A DNA stretch of 63,624 nucleotides, counting the filler, from Octopus bimaculoides (taxonomy: Eukaryota): NCBI RefSeq assembly GCF_001194135.2. It is 9 parts of 8 records of this genome, joined end to end, with 100 filler letters (N's around TTAATTAATTAA, not from the genome) between each part and the next. Parts side by side here need not be neighbours in the genome. Positions count along the whole stretch, not along the records: positions 26,963 to 40,786 come from NC_068981.1; positions 40,887 to 45,721 come from NW_026408388.1; positions 45,822 to 53,084 come from NC_068987.1; 6 more parts are not named here. One strand, written 5' to 3'. Each line of letters begins with the position of its first letter. The stretch's first letter is position 1. The translations under genes and the position numbers were made by a program. Below are positions 36,531 through 50,105 of this stretch, piece after piece. Under the pieces are notes generated by a model. The model saw only the letters and a program-made list of their open reading frames with translations, made no database searches and was not told the DNA's origin.

Positions 36531-37865
36531 ATGCCTAAATAATATATGAAGACTAATTCTTGCAGGTGATTATTGTAGTCAGTTGTACACACTGATTTCA
36601 GCAATTATTGGAGTTTAAAATCAAACTGGATGGATAAAAGTAAAATAAGGAACTGCATTATTTAGTCTGGAGTTCTCCAACCTCAGAAATATTCCACAGC
36701 TAATAATGGCCATAAGGCCATAAATTTGTAGATAAGATATATTGCCTGGAGAACCAACCCTAGTATAAGACTATTACTTATTTTTATTAACTTAAACTGT
36801 AAGAAACAAAATTGATCTTTGCAAGATTTGAACTCAGAGTAAAGAATAATTGAAATAGTGTAAATCAATTAGTGTGACTGTTTTAGCTCCACCAAGTCAC
36901 TATTAATAATAATTTCTTATAAGCAAAATAAAGCCATACATTTAAGGAAGGAGATACAGTTGAATGAAGCAATGTATTCATATAACCAACGTTTATTTAC
37001 ACTGGAAAGCTGAATGACAAAAATCAACCAAAGCAGAGTTTGAGCTCAAAATGTACTGAGAATTAATACTATAATGCCTTTTTAATGTACCGTTTAACAG
37101 TTTCTGCCACCCCATAACTTTTAGTTCTTCTTATCATATTATAATTACAACTAATTTGGCAGTTATTCTGTAATCAGGAAACAAGTCATATGCAGAGAAG
37201 TATTTATTGGTTGTTTATCAGTCTTACCTTACTGATAGTTGTAGTACCATTTTTATGATCTTTTGACTTTCATTTTCGATATTTTCTACTTTGCCTTAGT
37301 GAAAACTAACCCATATTCAGTTTTATTAATAGCTTTCAAGATACACATTTCCCTCTCTAGCCAATGATATCCTTTATCAAGGTCATAAATTTATCTCTGC
37401 AGCCAGCTGAGATCTTTTTCCATCTAATAGTTACTGTTTGTTTTACTAATAGTTGTTGGGGCTATTTCATGTTGTAACAAGTTTGATAGATGCAAAGGCA
37501 GCTAAATCAGAAAATAAATTTTCATTATTAATGATGTTGATTATTGCAATTATACAGTCAATGTAAATATTATGCCAAAGCCAAGAAAATAACATAAAGA
37601 AACAAGATTGAGTAATTTTCAAAATTTATTCATGATATCTGATTTGTATTTGAGTGAGAAGTTAATTATTCCAGAAGACAAAAAAAAAAGAAAAAAAAGA
37701 AGAAATATTTTTTTATTTTGTAATGAAAGAAAGAAAGAGAACAGTCTACAGAGTAAAATGTAAGTTCCTGACAAACCGAGTCTGAAACTTGGCTTCATAA
37801 CTAGTTATTTCATTTCACTCATAGAAAAGATGGGAACATCACAATAACCCAAAAGAGAGATTGAG

Positions 37866-38090
37866 GTATTTCATTATCTTTTACTTGTTTCAATCATTAG
37901 ACTGCAGCCATGCTGGGGCATTACATTGAAGAATTTTAGTGGAATGAACCAACTCCAGGACTTATTTTTCTTTTTGTAAGCCTAGTACTTATTCTATCAG
38001 TCTCTTTTGCCAAATCACTAAGTTATTGGGACATAAACACACCAACACTGGTTGTCAAGTGGTGGTGGGGGACAAACATGCATACAAAGA
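37866..38090 (-). mobile_element. SINE family A, 3' half
   Basis: ttatcttttacttgtttcaatcattagactgcagccatgctggggc ... ggacataaacacaccaacactggttgtcaag. Confidence 0.85.
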
Positions 38091-38115
38091 CACACACACA
38101 CATACATAAATGTGC

Positions 38116-38186
<71 letters not shown>

Positions 38187-38252
38187 CCAGCATGGAAAGC
38201 GGATGTTAAACAATGATGATGATGATGATGATATATAAATATATATATATGT

Positions 38253-39096
38253 GGTCTGTTGCCATAGTAATGAAGCTAAAGTATGCAGAGTGAAGCCACT
38301 TGACACAGATTGACCTTGAACTCTACTGTGCATGTGTACTAAGTTTTAACATTCTAGCTCACTTCTGCTGTTTACAGCAGTGCTTGGAAGGAATGTGTGT
38401 AGCATGAGATCGTCACATTGACCATGACAGAGAAAGTTGAGCAGAGAATCTGCAATTAAATTTTGCCAAAAGCTTGATGATAACTGCTCAGAGGCCTATA
38501 CAAAGTTTTCATCATTCTCGACACAATCAAGGAGATCTTGTGCAATTGAAACCTGATTGTCTTTTTGGTCAGCTCAAAGCAGTTTTGGCATGAATTTGGC
38601 AGACATGTGTCTCATACCCAAATCTTCAGTGATAATTGACTGAACTGAACTGTAACTAATCTGCACATTTAACTCATGGATGGTGATTTGACGATTTCCC
38701 CCAACAGCTGCACATACATCTGCAATGTTTTTCTCAGTTCTGCTGGTTGCAGATCTTCCAGAACATTCATCACTATTGACATTTTTTCAGCCATCTTCGT
38801 AACGTTTGAACCACTTGTACACTTGTGTGCAGCTCATACACTTTCTACAACTTTACGTAGGCCTCAGAGCAGGTATCGCCATGACAATTTTCTCTATCAT
38901 GGTCAATACAATGATCACACACTACACACGTTCTTTCCAAGCACTGCTGTAAACAGCAGGAATGAGTTAGAACAGTAAAACTTAGTGTAGATGCACAGCA
39001 GATTCCAGGGTCAATCTGAGCCAAGCTGCTTCACTCTGCGTGCTTTAGCTTTGTTACTATGGCAACAGTCCGAATACTTATTGATCAGACCTCGTG
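38253..39096. mobile_element. Mariner derivative made of two inverted 5' ends
   Basis: The minus strand from 39096 has a mariner TIR (CGAGGTCTGATCAATAAGTATTCGGAC) and a decayed transposase N-terminus (VYKWFKRYEDG..NVNSDECSGRS...EDLGMRHMSAKFMPKLL). 38253-38510 is an inverted second 5' end (MTEKVEQRIC...). Confidence 0.85.
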
Positions 39097-40224
39097 TATG
39101 TCAGGCTTCTTTCAGTTTCTGTCCACCAAACAGGCTTAGAAGGCCTTGGTTGGCCCAGGGCTAACTCAGAATGTAAAGCATCAGAAGAAACACAGAAAGG
39201 TATTTTGTCTGATGCAATAACAATTCTGTTTGCTTGCTGAACTAAATAATGCCAATGAAACAGTCTAATTTTATATTTTGGAATAAATTGGCAGTTTTTG
39301 ATTTTTCTTCAGAAAGAAAAGGTTTGAGTTCTTCTCTAAGTAAAAGAGCCGGTATTTACTTCCTTACAAACATACTATGGTATGATGTTTATCTAAACAG
39401 CTGATTCATCATACAATTATGAAAGAGGCATTACTATAGGATTGTTTTATCATTTAGTCAAGGAAAGAAGAGGTGGAAGGGGAGTAGCAGCAGCAGTGCT
39501 CATGACCTTTATAGGCTCTCCCAGACTGGTGAGACCAATGCTGTTGATGTTCAAGCTGAACTTGTGTAAGTTGATACAAATAGGAAAAATGTGAGCCAGG
39601 AAGGAAAACAGGAGATGAAGGATTGAAAAAGTGTGTGTGCGTGGGGGGGGGGGCAAGGTAAGATGCAATAAGAATAACCAGAGGAAGGGAGGTGATATTG
39701 GGTACAGTTTGCTAGTTCTACTAAAGGAGTAGAGGCTAGAGTGGTAGGTAAGTGTAAGGAAAGCTACATCTGACTTATACATGATAAGACACTTATTCCA
39801 CATTTCATACCCCACTCAATTTTTAATTAATTTAGAGTCCTGAGTTGTCTTCTTTGCTTTTCTTTAATTATTCATTAAAGCTAATAATTTTTTCTTTTTA
39901 TTATGAGTCTTAATTTTATTTCATTAAAATAAAGATTTTGGCTCACGAGATTAAGTATGTCAGTTTTCACTTAAGTAGAGACTCATACAGAATGTTATGC
40001 CCAATCAACAGCAGATTACTTACAACAAATTCAGCTTGCAAACACAACAACCGGCTTGGATAGGAGCAGTGAGAATTAAAAATATAATAAATAACCAGAA
40101 TGATAAAACTAGGGAATGCTAATTACTGTCATGTTGTCTTTGTATTTAAGGCGGATATTAGTCTCTCATCTAACTAAAGTTGATTATAAACGTTGCAGGA
40201 ACAAGTTTCAATAATAAAAGTAAT

Positions 40225-40738
40225 AATAATAGTAATCCTTTCTACTTTAGGCACTAGGACTGAAATAATGGGAGAAGAGGCTAATCTATTATATCAACCC
40301 CAAAAGGATAAAACACAAAGTCAAAGTCAGCAAAATTTGAACTCAGAAAGTAAAGATGAACAAAATGCTGCTGAGCATTTTGTCTGGCATGCTAACAGTT
40401 CCGCCAGTTTACTGCCTTAATAATAAAAATGATTTCAAATTTTGGCACAAGGCCAGTAATTTCAGGGGTGAGGATAAGCTGATTACATTGACCTCCATAC
40501 TCAACTGATTTTATCTGTTCCTTTATTGTCCAAAGAGGGCTAAACATACAGGGGACAAACAAGGACATACAAAGGAATTAAGTCGATTACATCAACCCCA
40601 GTGTGTAACTAGTCCTTATTTTATCAACCCCAAAAGGATCAAAGGCAAACTAGACGTTATAGGTGGAATTTGAAATCAGAGTACAAAGGTAGATGAAAAA
40701 ATGTTAAGCATTTTGCTTGGCATACTAACAATTCTACC

Positions 40739-40740
<2 letters not shown>
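40225..40740 (-). mobile_element. Two adjacent SINE family B copies
   Basis: Reverse-complement copies at about 40225-40410 and 40430-40740. Confidence 0.8.
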
Positions 40741-40786
<46 letters not shown>

Positions 40787-40939
40787 NNNNNNNNNNNNNN
40801 NNNNNNNNNNNNNNNNNNNNNNNNNNNNNNTTAATTAATTAANNNNNNNNNNNNNNNNNNNNNNNNNNNNNNNNNNNNNNNNNNNNGTGCTCCAGCACAG
40901 CCACAGTCAAATGACTGAAACAAGTAAAAGAGTAAACAC

Positions 40940-43222
40940 TAAAATTCATATTTTTAATATATCTCACCTGTTTGATTTGTTACTAAAGTTATCCCAGATG
41001 TCAACCGCCAACAATTTTACTTTTTCAAGGTGCAATCGGTACAAGATTTTATTCTTTTTCTATATTTCATTCAAACGTTTTCGTTGAAAATAAAGTACAA
41101 AACTCTTTTACTAGTCAATATACCATTGGCTATGTACTCTTATACAATTTAACAAATTCATTTATGTAACAGAATGCATCTAATAAAAAAAATCTCATTA
41201 ACAGGTAAGACAAAGTTGAATACAAGTGTGTAACATACTGAAAATTAATATTTCTCACTTTCACATATTATTTATAATAAAATGAAAAGGAATATACAAA
41301 ATTATATAATTATGACATATTTCTGTCATGAAACTGTCCAAAGCCCCTTTAAACAAGGGCACTTTGCAAAAGGAACACATGTACGAAGTTTCTATCTGAT
41401 ACCCTTTTGCAGTTTTCCTTTTTTTTGCAGCGAACACAGTCTGCAAACTTTTTTCCTTCCATTTATTTTTTCAACTTTATGAAAGTCAATATTTTCTGTT
41501 GATATCCACCTCAGTTAATTTTGCTTTTCTCCCAGTTCTGTGTTTTCTAGAAGAAAAGCCCTCACGTAACTGAGATGTGGAATTTCAAGTGGTCGTAGTC
41601 CTTTGGTGGCAGAGGTACGTTTGGAACTTTTTACATATACAATATATGAATTTACAATAGTTAAATTAACTAGAAACCACAAAATGTACCTTCACCATTT
41701 CTTCCCATGTCGACCAACTAGGTAACATGCCCAATATTCATCGGATTAATCAACCCCACCCATATATTTGTTATAACAAATATTCACTAGCAGTTTCCCC
41801 TCAGCACCAACACCAGGTTGTTCATTAGAAGACAGAAATAAAATCTGTCTTTTGTCTTTGAATTAAAAAATTTTCTTTTTGCATTTGTAAAATGTCCCCT
41901 CTTTTTTTAAATTTTGTTTTCATTTCACGGGATAAACCTTTACAGTTTCCCATAACAGTACTGCATGTGTAAATACTTACACAGGCAAGATTTTCTGCCA
42001 AAGCCACTGAAGAAAAAAAAAGGGTCTAAATAGAGGCATCGGTGCTGATGGTGAAATGGTCCAGTAAGAGCCCATACAACATCATGTCCCAATCCATGCA
42101 GTATGTTTCCATTATATTTTTTACCCATGTAAACATCGAAGTTTACACAATATCCAGTCTCTGATTCACAAACTTCCCATACCTTGATCCCCCATTTAGT
42201 AGGTTTGGCAGGCATGTACTGCCGAAAATGTACTCTGCCCTTATAGCCTATCATGGCTTCATCTACACTGAGATTTTTCCCCAATAGATACACAGCTTCA
42301 TAATTATTAACAAGTAAATCAATTACAGGACGTACTTTGTACAGGGGATCGTAGTTTGGGTCGTTTTTACTGGGGGCATTAGCAGAATCAGTTAAATGCA
42401 AATACTGAGATATGTTCGAATACCTCGTTTTTGACATTATACTTGAGATATAAGGATTGCCATACCTTATATCAGGACTCAAGTAGTTCCACAATTGAGG
42501 AAGCTGTTTAACACCAAACATTGTATTAATTGTGAAAAACGCTCTCATTTCCGCAGGATAAGTTGGCTGCCATAGTGGATCATCTCTTCCACGAACAGAA
42601 ATTAAACGTTGCGCATATTTGTTTGTTTCCTCCATAACATTTTCAGAAAAACTTTCTGGTAAAAATAAAAATAGATAGTCCAATGGTTGTGCATCAGGAG
42701 GTAAATTGTGTTGTGGACCAGTGTTTTCTGTGAAATCAGGAATAGTGATTGGTGTTGTAATCTTTGACCACATTGCCATGTTTACGATATCATTTTCATC
42801 ACTTTCGTTCTCAAAATCTTCCTTGTCCGACAAATAATCACTAATATCGATATCATATTCATCCAAAGACAAAATACTTTTGTTTTCATTTATATTTTCT
42901 ATATCGTCAAGAGTAAGACCTTCAAAGTCAGAATCGCTACTTGCTGACACCATTTCTTCAACAACTAAGGTACACACTTCTCTTCAAACGTTGAAAAAAA
43001 CCATGTAGTCTAAACAATTTCACAGTATTTATACTTGAATAAAGATGGGAAAGGCTTCATTTCGCACTATCTCAAATGTTACGAGAATTGAATAACGTGA
43101 TTTGTTTATTTTTTATTGAATAACATGATTTGTTTATTTCGTAGAGCAGTCGGATACAGCCGGCTTGAACAAATAAAGGGGAATTAATTTGGCCGGTTAC
43201 GGCCGGTTTGAACACTAAAGGG
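40940..43222 (-). mobile_element. piggyBac transposon (PGBD4-like), decayed; 5' TIR visible, 3' end approximate
   Basis: 5' end TTAT|CCCTTTAGTGTTCAAACCGGCC at 43222. ORF 42977-41940 has WQPTYPAEMRAFF...LSVDEAMIGYKGRVHFRQYMPAKPTKWGIKVWEVC...YLDPFF, then frameshifted YNKYMGGVD and a Cys-rich C-terminal remnant down to about 41290. Confidence 0.9.
41290..42953 (-). pseudogene. piggyBac DDD transposase pseudogene
   Basis: ATG at 42953. About 330 codons open, frameshift near the second catalytic D (about 42010), stops after GGVD. Confidence 0.88.
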
Positions 43223-43726
43223 ATAAGCAAGCATTTCTGTCTTTGCATACAGCATTAACTACATATTTTTGTTTACAATGACTAAGTACTGAGATGACAA
43301 GCCTGTAGACTAAGTACTGACGTGACCAACTTGTGCTACATAGTCAATCAATTGCTGTGTGTGCATGTGAGAAAGAGAGAGAGCATGTACTGTGTATTCC
43401 AAGCCCAGAAAAAAGATTCAAATTATGTCATGTTTAGTTTTATGTCATGTTTTTTCATTTGTTTTATTTTTTACTAAAGTTAAAAAAGAAAAAGAGACAT
43501 CTATGGTAACACAATATGATATAATTTTGAAATCTATCTTCAAGCAGTTTATCTTTAAAATTATGAAAATTATAAGAGACATGATAGATATATGGTATTT
43601 ATTTGTGGATATTCCACATCTAATGTGAGTATCATAATTACAATAACAAACCCTTTATCCCTACAGTGAAACATCTTAAGAAAGATAAATGAAGCAACAG
43701 AAAATTAGTAAAATAGCTATACAAAC

Positions 43727-43897
43727 CACATGGATTCCAAGCAGACATGATTATTCGACGATCATTTGGATTGCTCTTAATCTGATTTATAACTTGTTTC
43801 AATTGGTCGACTCCTTTTGATACATAATCACAGTGCATATTTTGGTATTCGGCACCAAAATGACGCCACTGGAATCCATAAACAGGACCTAAATCAC
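43727..43897 (-). CDS. TYMS: Thymidylate synthase internal exon (171 nt, phase 1-1)
   Basis: ttttatctttcag acceptor, gtttgt donor; [57 protein letters not shown] is unmistakable ThyA/TYMS. Confidence 0.93.
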
Positions 43898-45872
43898 CTG
43901 AAAGATAAAACAACCTTCATGTTGAGTTATTCTAAATTCATACATTTTTCATGTCTGACTGCTTCAATATTTAAATAATCAACAATATTTTAATTAACTC
44001 GTGTCGACTTTCAGAGTGCAGATTTTTCTTGTGCTAATTGGCCCAGTTCTTGACTAAATACTGTTGTAGATTAGGTCCACCTATTAGCAATAATCATTAG
44101 CTAGCTGACTTCTCCCTAAATATGCAATATTCTCCCAATTTAATACAGTGATGCTAGTATCCCTGTTTCCACTTGCAGGATAAATGATAGCAAGGACCAT
44201 AACAGGAAATTTAAGGGGCCTGCCATCCTGAAATTGTGGCACAACTACAATTTCCATTTGATTGTGACTGATTTTGATTTTGATTTTACTTGACTCAATA
44301 GGTCTCTTCAAACACAGCGTGTAGCCCAACAATTCAAAGGTACTTTTTAAATGGGCTGAAAAGAGACAACATATTACAAAATCAGCTCCTTCTTATAGGC
44401 TTAGCAACAAGATATATTTTTTATGCCTTGAACATAAAAAAACATATTATGAAAATGAATAACTCTCTATTGAATTCAAGAGATGAAAAAGTTTTTTCTT
44501 GTAAACATATGTCATATTTCTTTTTATTAACCTTAAATAAGTTTTCTCCACCACCCCCACTTCCTCATACTTGATCTTATTCTAATTACCCTCCTTAGTT
44601 CTTCGTATAATACTCCACCTTTACATATATACTACCTTTATCTATGTGTTCTATTATTTAATAACTTCTATATTAATTATTTTACAATGCCTGGTTATTC
44701 ATAGGCTATTCCCCACCCCTAATATTTTATTACCTTTTCACACTTTTTTATTAATTATATAACCTCTACCAGAAATTCACTTTTCTTCCCCCTTTACTAA
44801 ATACATCAGTTAAATATTCTAACCACTACTTTAAATATATACACACACATATATTTTTTAGTAGGTTGTATTTTTTATAGACTTTTTATTTTTTTCACAG
44901 TATGCTCTTAAATACACTTCTCTCACCCATTATAATTATTACTACTTATTAATTTTCATAACTAATTTTTCCTGATCTCTTTGATATTTTCATTTTTGTT
45001 TTATTTTATTCTCCTGATATCCAAGTTTATTCCTTAATATTGAATTTTTTTGGTGTATATTATATCCCATTTTTTTTACTTATTACTCATATAGCTAATT
45101 CTTTTTCGTTTGTCATATAATATGCTATTATTATACATTTGTACATGCATATACATATATACTTTTATGCCCACATTTGCATGTATATAAATGTATATAC
45201 ATGTATATGTATATATGGGTCTATATGCATATGCTTGCATGTGAGTATATGTATGTACATGTGTATGTGTGTATATATCTATATATAGATATATAATAAT
45301 GTATATAAGTGTGTGTATTTTTTACACATTTTTATTTTTTGTGTACGTATCTATATGTATATCTTTGTGTGTATATGTATACATTTTTCCATATATACTT
45401 GCATGTGTTTTTTTGTGTGTATGTGTTAGTCTATATATGTAGGTTTGAGTGTATGTGTGTGTTTTTTGGCCTGTGTATATGTATGTATGTGTAAATGTAT
45501 ACGTGTTTACTCCCCAAGAATAATATTTTCCTGAATATACATTTAGCATTATCTCCTCCTACACTATAACTCTCTGACCCATATATTAATTTTTTTTTTT
45601 AAATCCGTTATTACGAATTATTTATCAACAATTGTTTTCTAACAGTAGTATCTATTTTTCGGCGATCTTTCGATCATCAGCATCATCGTTTAACGTCCGC
45701 TTTCCATGCTAGCATGGGTTGNNNNNNNNNNNNNNNNNNNNNNNNNNNNNNNNNNNNNNNNNNNNTTAATTAATTAANNNNNNNNNNNNNNNNNNNNNNN
45801 NNNNNNNNNNNNNNNNNNNNNATATATATATATATATATATATATAAATATATATATGTATATGTATGTGTT

Positions 45873-45903
<31 letters not shown>

Positions 45904-48054
45904 CGAGAAATGGAGGATAGATAGATAGACAGATAGATATGTATATGTGTGAATGTCTGTGTGTATCTGGATATATACACTCACACGCACAGTCACAATC
46001 ACACAGATACATGTAGAAATACGTATATACATACGTGTGCAAATACATGCTTACATACATTCATACATATGTGCATGTATGTGTGCGTGTGTAAAAAAAA
46101 TTGTGTGTTTGCATGTCACTATATGTTTTGCATACATGCGTATATTTGAGAATGTGTGTATTCGTGTGCATTCGTTTATGTGTGTATGTGTGTGCGCGCG
46201 CGCACGCGCCTATGTGTTAGCATTACCTCAGAAAATAAAAATGAAAAAATAATCTCTACATGAAAATATTTGCAGTTATAATTGCAAGGCTATAAATACT
46301 GTTTTCTATTAACCTTTCTCCAGCGAACAATTATGAATTGCGAAGCTAGCTACCGAGAGATGTCTGCCATTTGGGTTTGTTTTCGATTCCAACATTTAAA
46401 TTTCTTCTTCCCATCACCTTTGGTTCTTAGCGATTCTAAGTGAAATCTAAACGACAGAATCTTTGATGAGATGCCAGTACACACCGCTCGTTTTAACATC
46501 ATTATGGGATGGACTGTGTGGCTACTTGACTAAGTAGATATCGCAGCTAAATTCTCTAAATTGATCTTTTATAGTATAGGCACAGCATCGACTTTTCGGA
46601 TACTTATGATCCGGAATTTTTTACAATCTGCTCTAATTTACGAGCTGGAGCTTCAATATCCTGTGGCCGCCGGATTATCTTATTAGCATCTTTCACAAAC
46701 AAGTGCCTTTCACAGTACAGTATTAACTTTGTCATTTACACTAATGTACAGGTACCTGTATTACATTTAATTATTTAAGTAAATTCAATATTTCATTAAT
46801 TTAGAGGTTATTGACCAAGATCTGTGATTCGGTAGAATGAGTAATCCGAAAAAGTTGTGGGACCAAAGGTTCCAGAAGTGGATATTGTACGTGTATTAGA
46901 GAAGGATTTGCTGGTTAATGTGATCGTGGGTTCCGTGCACATAAGTTATAGACAAGATTGTCACGTTGGGGATACCTTTGATAGTTGTTCTTTCATGTGA
47001 GATCTGAAATAAACCTTTACAACATAAATAAAGAAGCTCAGTTTCTTTTCTTTTACTAGTTAAATCTTCATCAAATCGCACCATCGTTTGCTTATTGTCC
47101 TCCATAATATTGGATGATCATTTTGATCGTCCTTATTTATGGATACTTTCGACTCTCACCTTCATTGTAGATATCGCAATAGAGACGCCGCTGAACGAGC
47201 CACCACAGCATTCCTTGCTCCATCGCCTACGCTTTACCTACCGGAACCTAGTATCGGTATTTCAATATCGCAGATAGATATACACGATATCATCCACAGC
47301 ACAGCAATGATATAGATCACTTCTAACGAAATAAACTTGTCTAGCCCTTCTCAGAACATAGATAGCTGCCAATCTGAAAATGATACCTCCCTAACTATTG
47401 CTCGTCTACAACAACTGACCTACTCTTTGGGTCTAGGAAGACTGCACTTACTTCTAAGTCAGTGCCTTTCTACAACATCACTGTCGCGCCACCTGATCAG
47501 GACCAACAGATAGAAGATTGATGATCCACGTTGCAGAAGATACCTGCAAAATTCAGACCTAAATGTGTTCATTTCCCAGTGTCACTATCTTTGCAACCAA
47601 AAAATTAGATCTAGTGGCAAGAGTGACCTAAGAGAGCTGGTACCTCTTTAGAAATAATTTTGAAAAGTGTAATGCACGAACGAAACTTTGGGCTCTTGAG
47701 TCATTTACATGAGTTTATAGCTTATCAATATTCACATATGCTGACACACACATGCATCACAAATTTCCGCATAATTTTCTCTCAACGAAATTCTTCTCAA
47801 AAGATAGGATAAACTGCACAGTGGGGACTACACCAGGAAACACTTTTCTGTCGAAGCAAACATCTTAACAATGAAACCATGTAAGCGATATTTACTTAGT
47901 GATTTATCCATTAATTACATTTAACTACTAATTGTTGCCTTGTGAATGTGAAAAAGAAATTGCGATTCGACTAGACAAGGTGTAAACAACTCCAATGCAT
48001 TTCACTGAATATGACACGAAAATTATTGAATAACTTGCTATTTCAATATTAAGA

Positions 48055-48350
48055 AAAATTTGTGGCTGTGTTGTAAGAAGTTTGCTTCCCAACAAAATGG
48101 TTTAGAGTTCAGTCTACTGTGTGGCACCTACGGCAAGTGCCTTCTACTATATCCCCGGGCCGACCAAAGCTTTATGAGTGTATTTCGCAGAGAGAAAATG
48201 AAAGAAGCCCTCATATATACACGTATGTATAAATGTATTCATGTATATATCTAAGAATCTTTGCGTTTGCGTCTGTCCCCCACAAATGCTTGACAACCAG
48301 TATTGGTTTGTTTACGTCCCCATACCTAGGCTATAAAAATAAGTACTGGA
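48055..48350 (+). mobile_element. SINE family A
   Basis: tgtggctgtgttgtaagaagtttgcttccc ... tatccccgggccgaccaaagc ... tgcttgacaaccagtattggtttg. Confidence 0.85.
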
Positions 48351-49069
48351 TCGATTCCAGTAGTCACTGGAAGTAAATCTTGGCAGAACCCGTGAAAATA
48401 CCTCATTTTAAAAATTTGTTTCTTGATGCATAAATTTATAGACTTCATAGGCTATGTAACTATTATTTCATTATGGCAGATTTCAAAAGCGATTAGCTGG
48501 CAGAATATGCAGAGCGCCATCTACAACAGTCATAAACTCAGCCCCATAATGATTCTGTTTCATGACAGAAAGGAATGATTAAGAATGGGATTAGAATTTT
48601 CTTCCTTACATTAGAGTTCCTTAATTGCTACAAGATGAATGTAAACAAAACTAATACGATTCTTACGACATCGTGCGTTTCAGCAGAGTGCAGTTGTGTC
48701 TTACAGGAAGTTCAGGTTTTAATAAATATCAGTCACACACTGGGCTTGATTTCATCGACGGTTCATCATAAATAACCTGCAAAACAATTACGCAGATCAC
48801 ACACTGGCTATATATTGTAGTCCTCGACTGTAGAATCTATTGTCTGTCTCTACTTTTTCATACAATGAATCGGAAAGATTTAAGAACGATAGCCAAGGAT
48901 TCAGCAATTCAGCAATTCAGCACGTGTGTATGTATAGAACGTGTTGTGTGCAGTTGTATGCGTGTACTGTGACTAGAAACGAAACATGATTCAGTTTACT
49001 TTTTGCTTGTTCTCTTATCTCCTGAAATCATTTATCTGCAATTTCTCTTCAGTTTTTCTCCCTTTCAGT

Positions 49070-50105
<1,036 letters not shown>

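Noticed and set aside
46760-47560. GC-richer non-repetitive segment, with similar ones at 44084-44340 and 39450-39815
   Set aside because: Probably decayed LINE sequence, but no motif could be read with confidence, so it is left unannotated.
48668-48780. Minus-strand segment with good acceptor and donor
   Set aside because: All three frames have stops; it could be a UTR exon, but nothing supports that.
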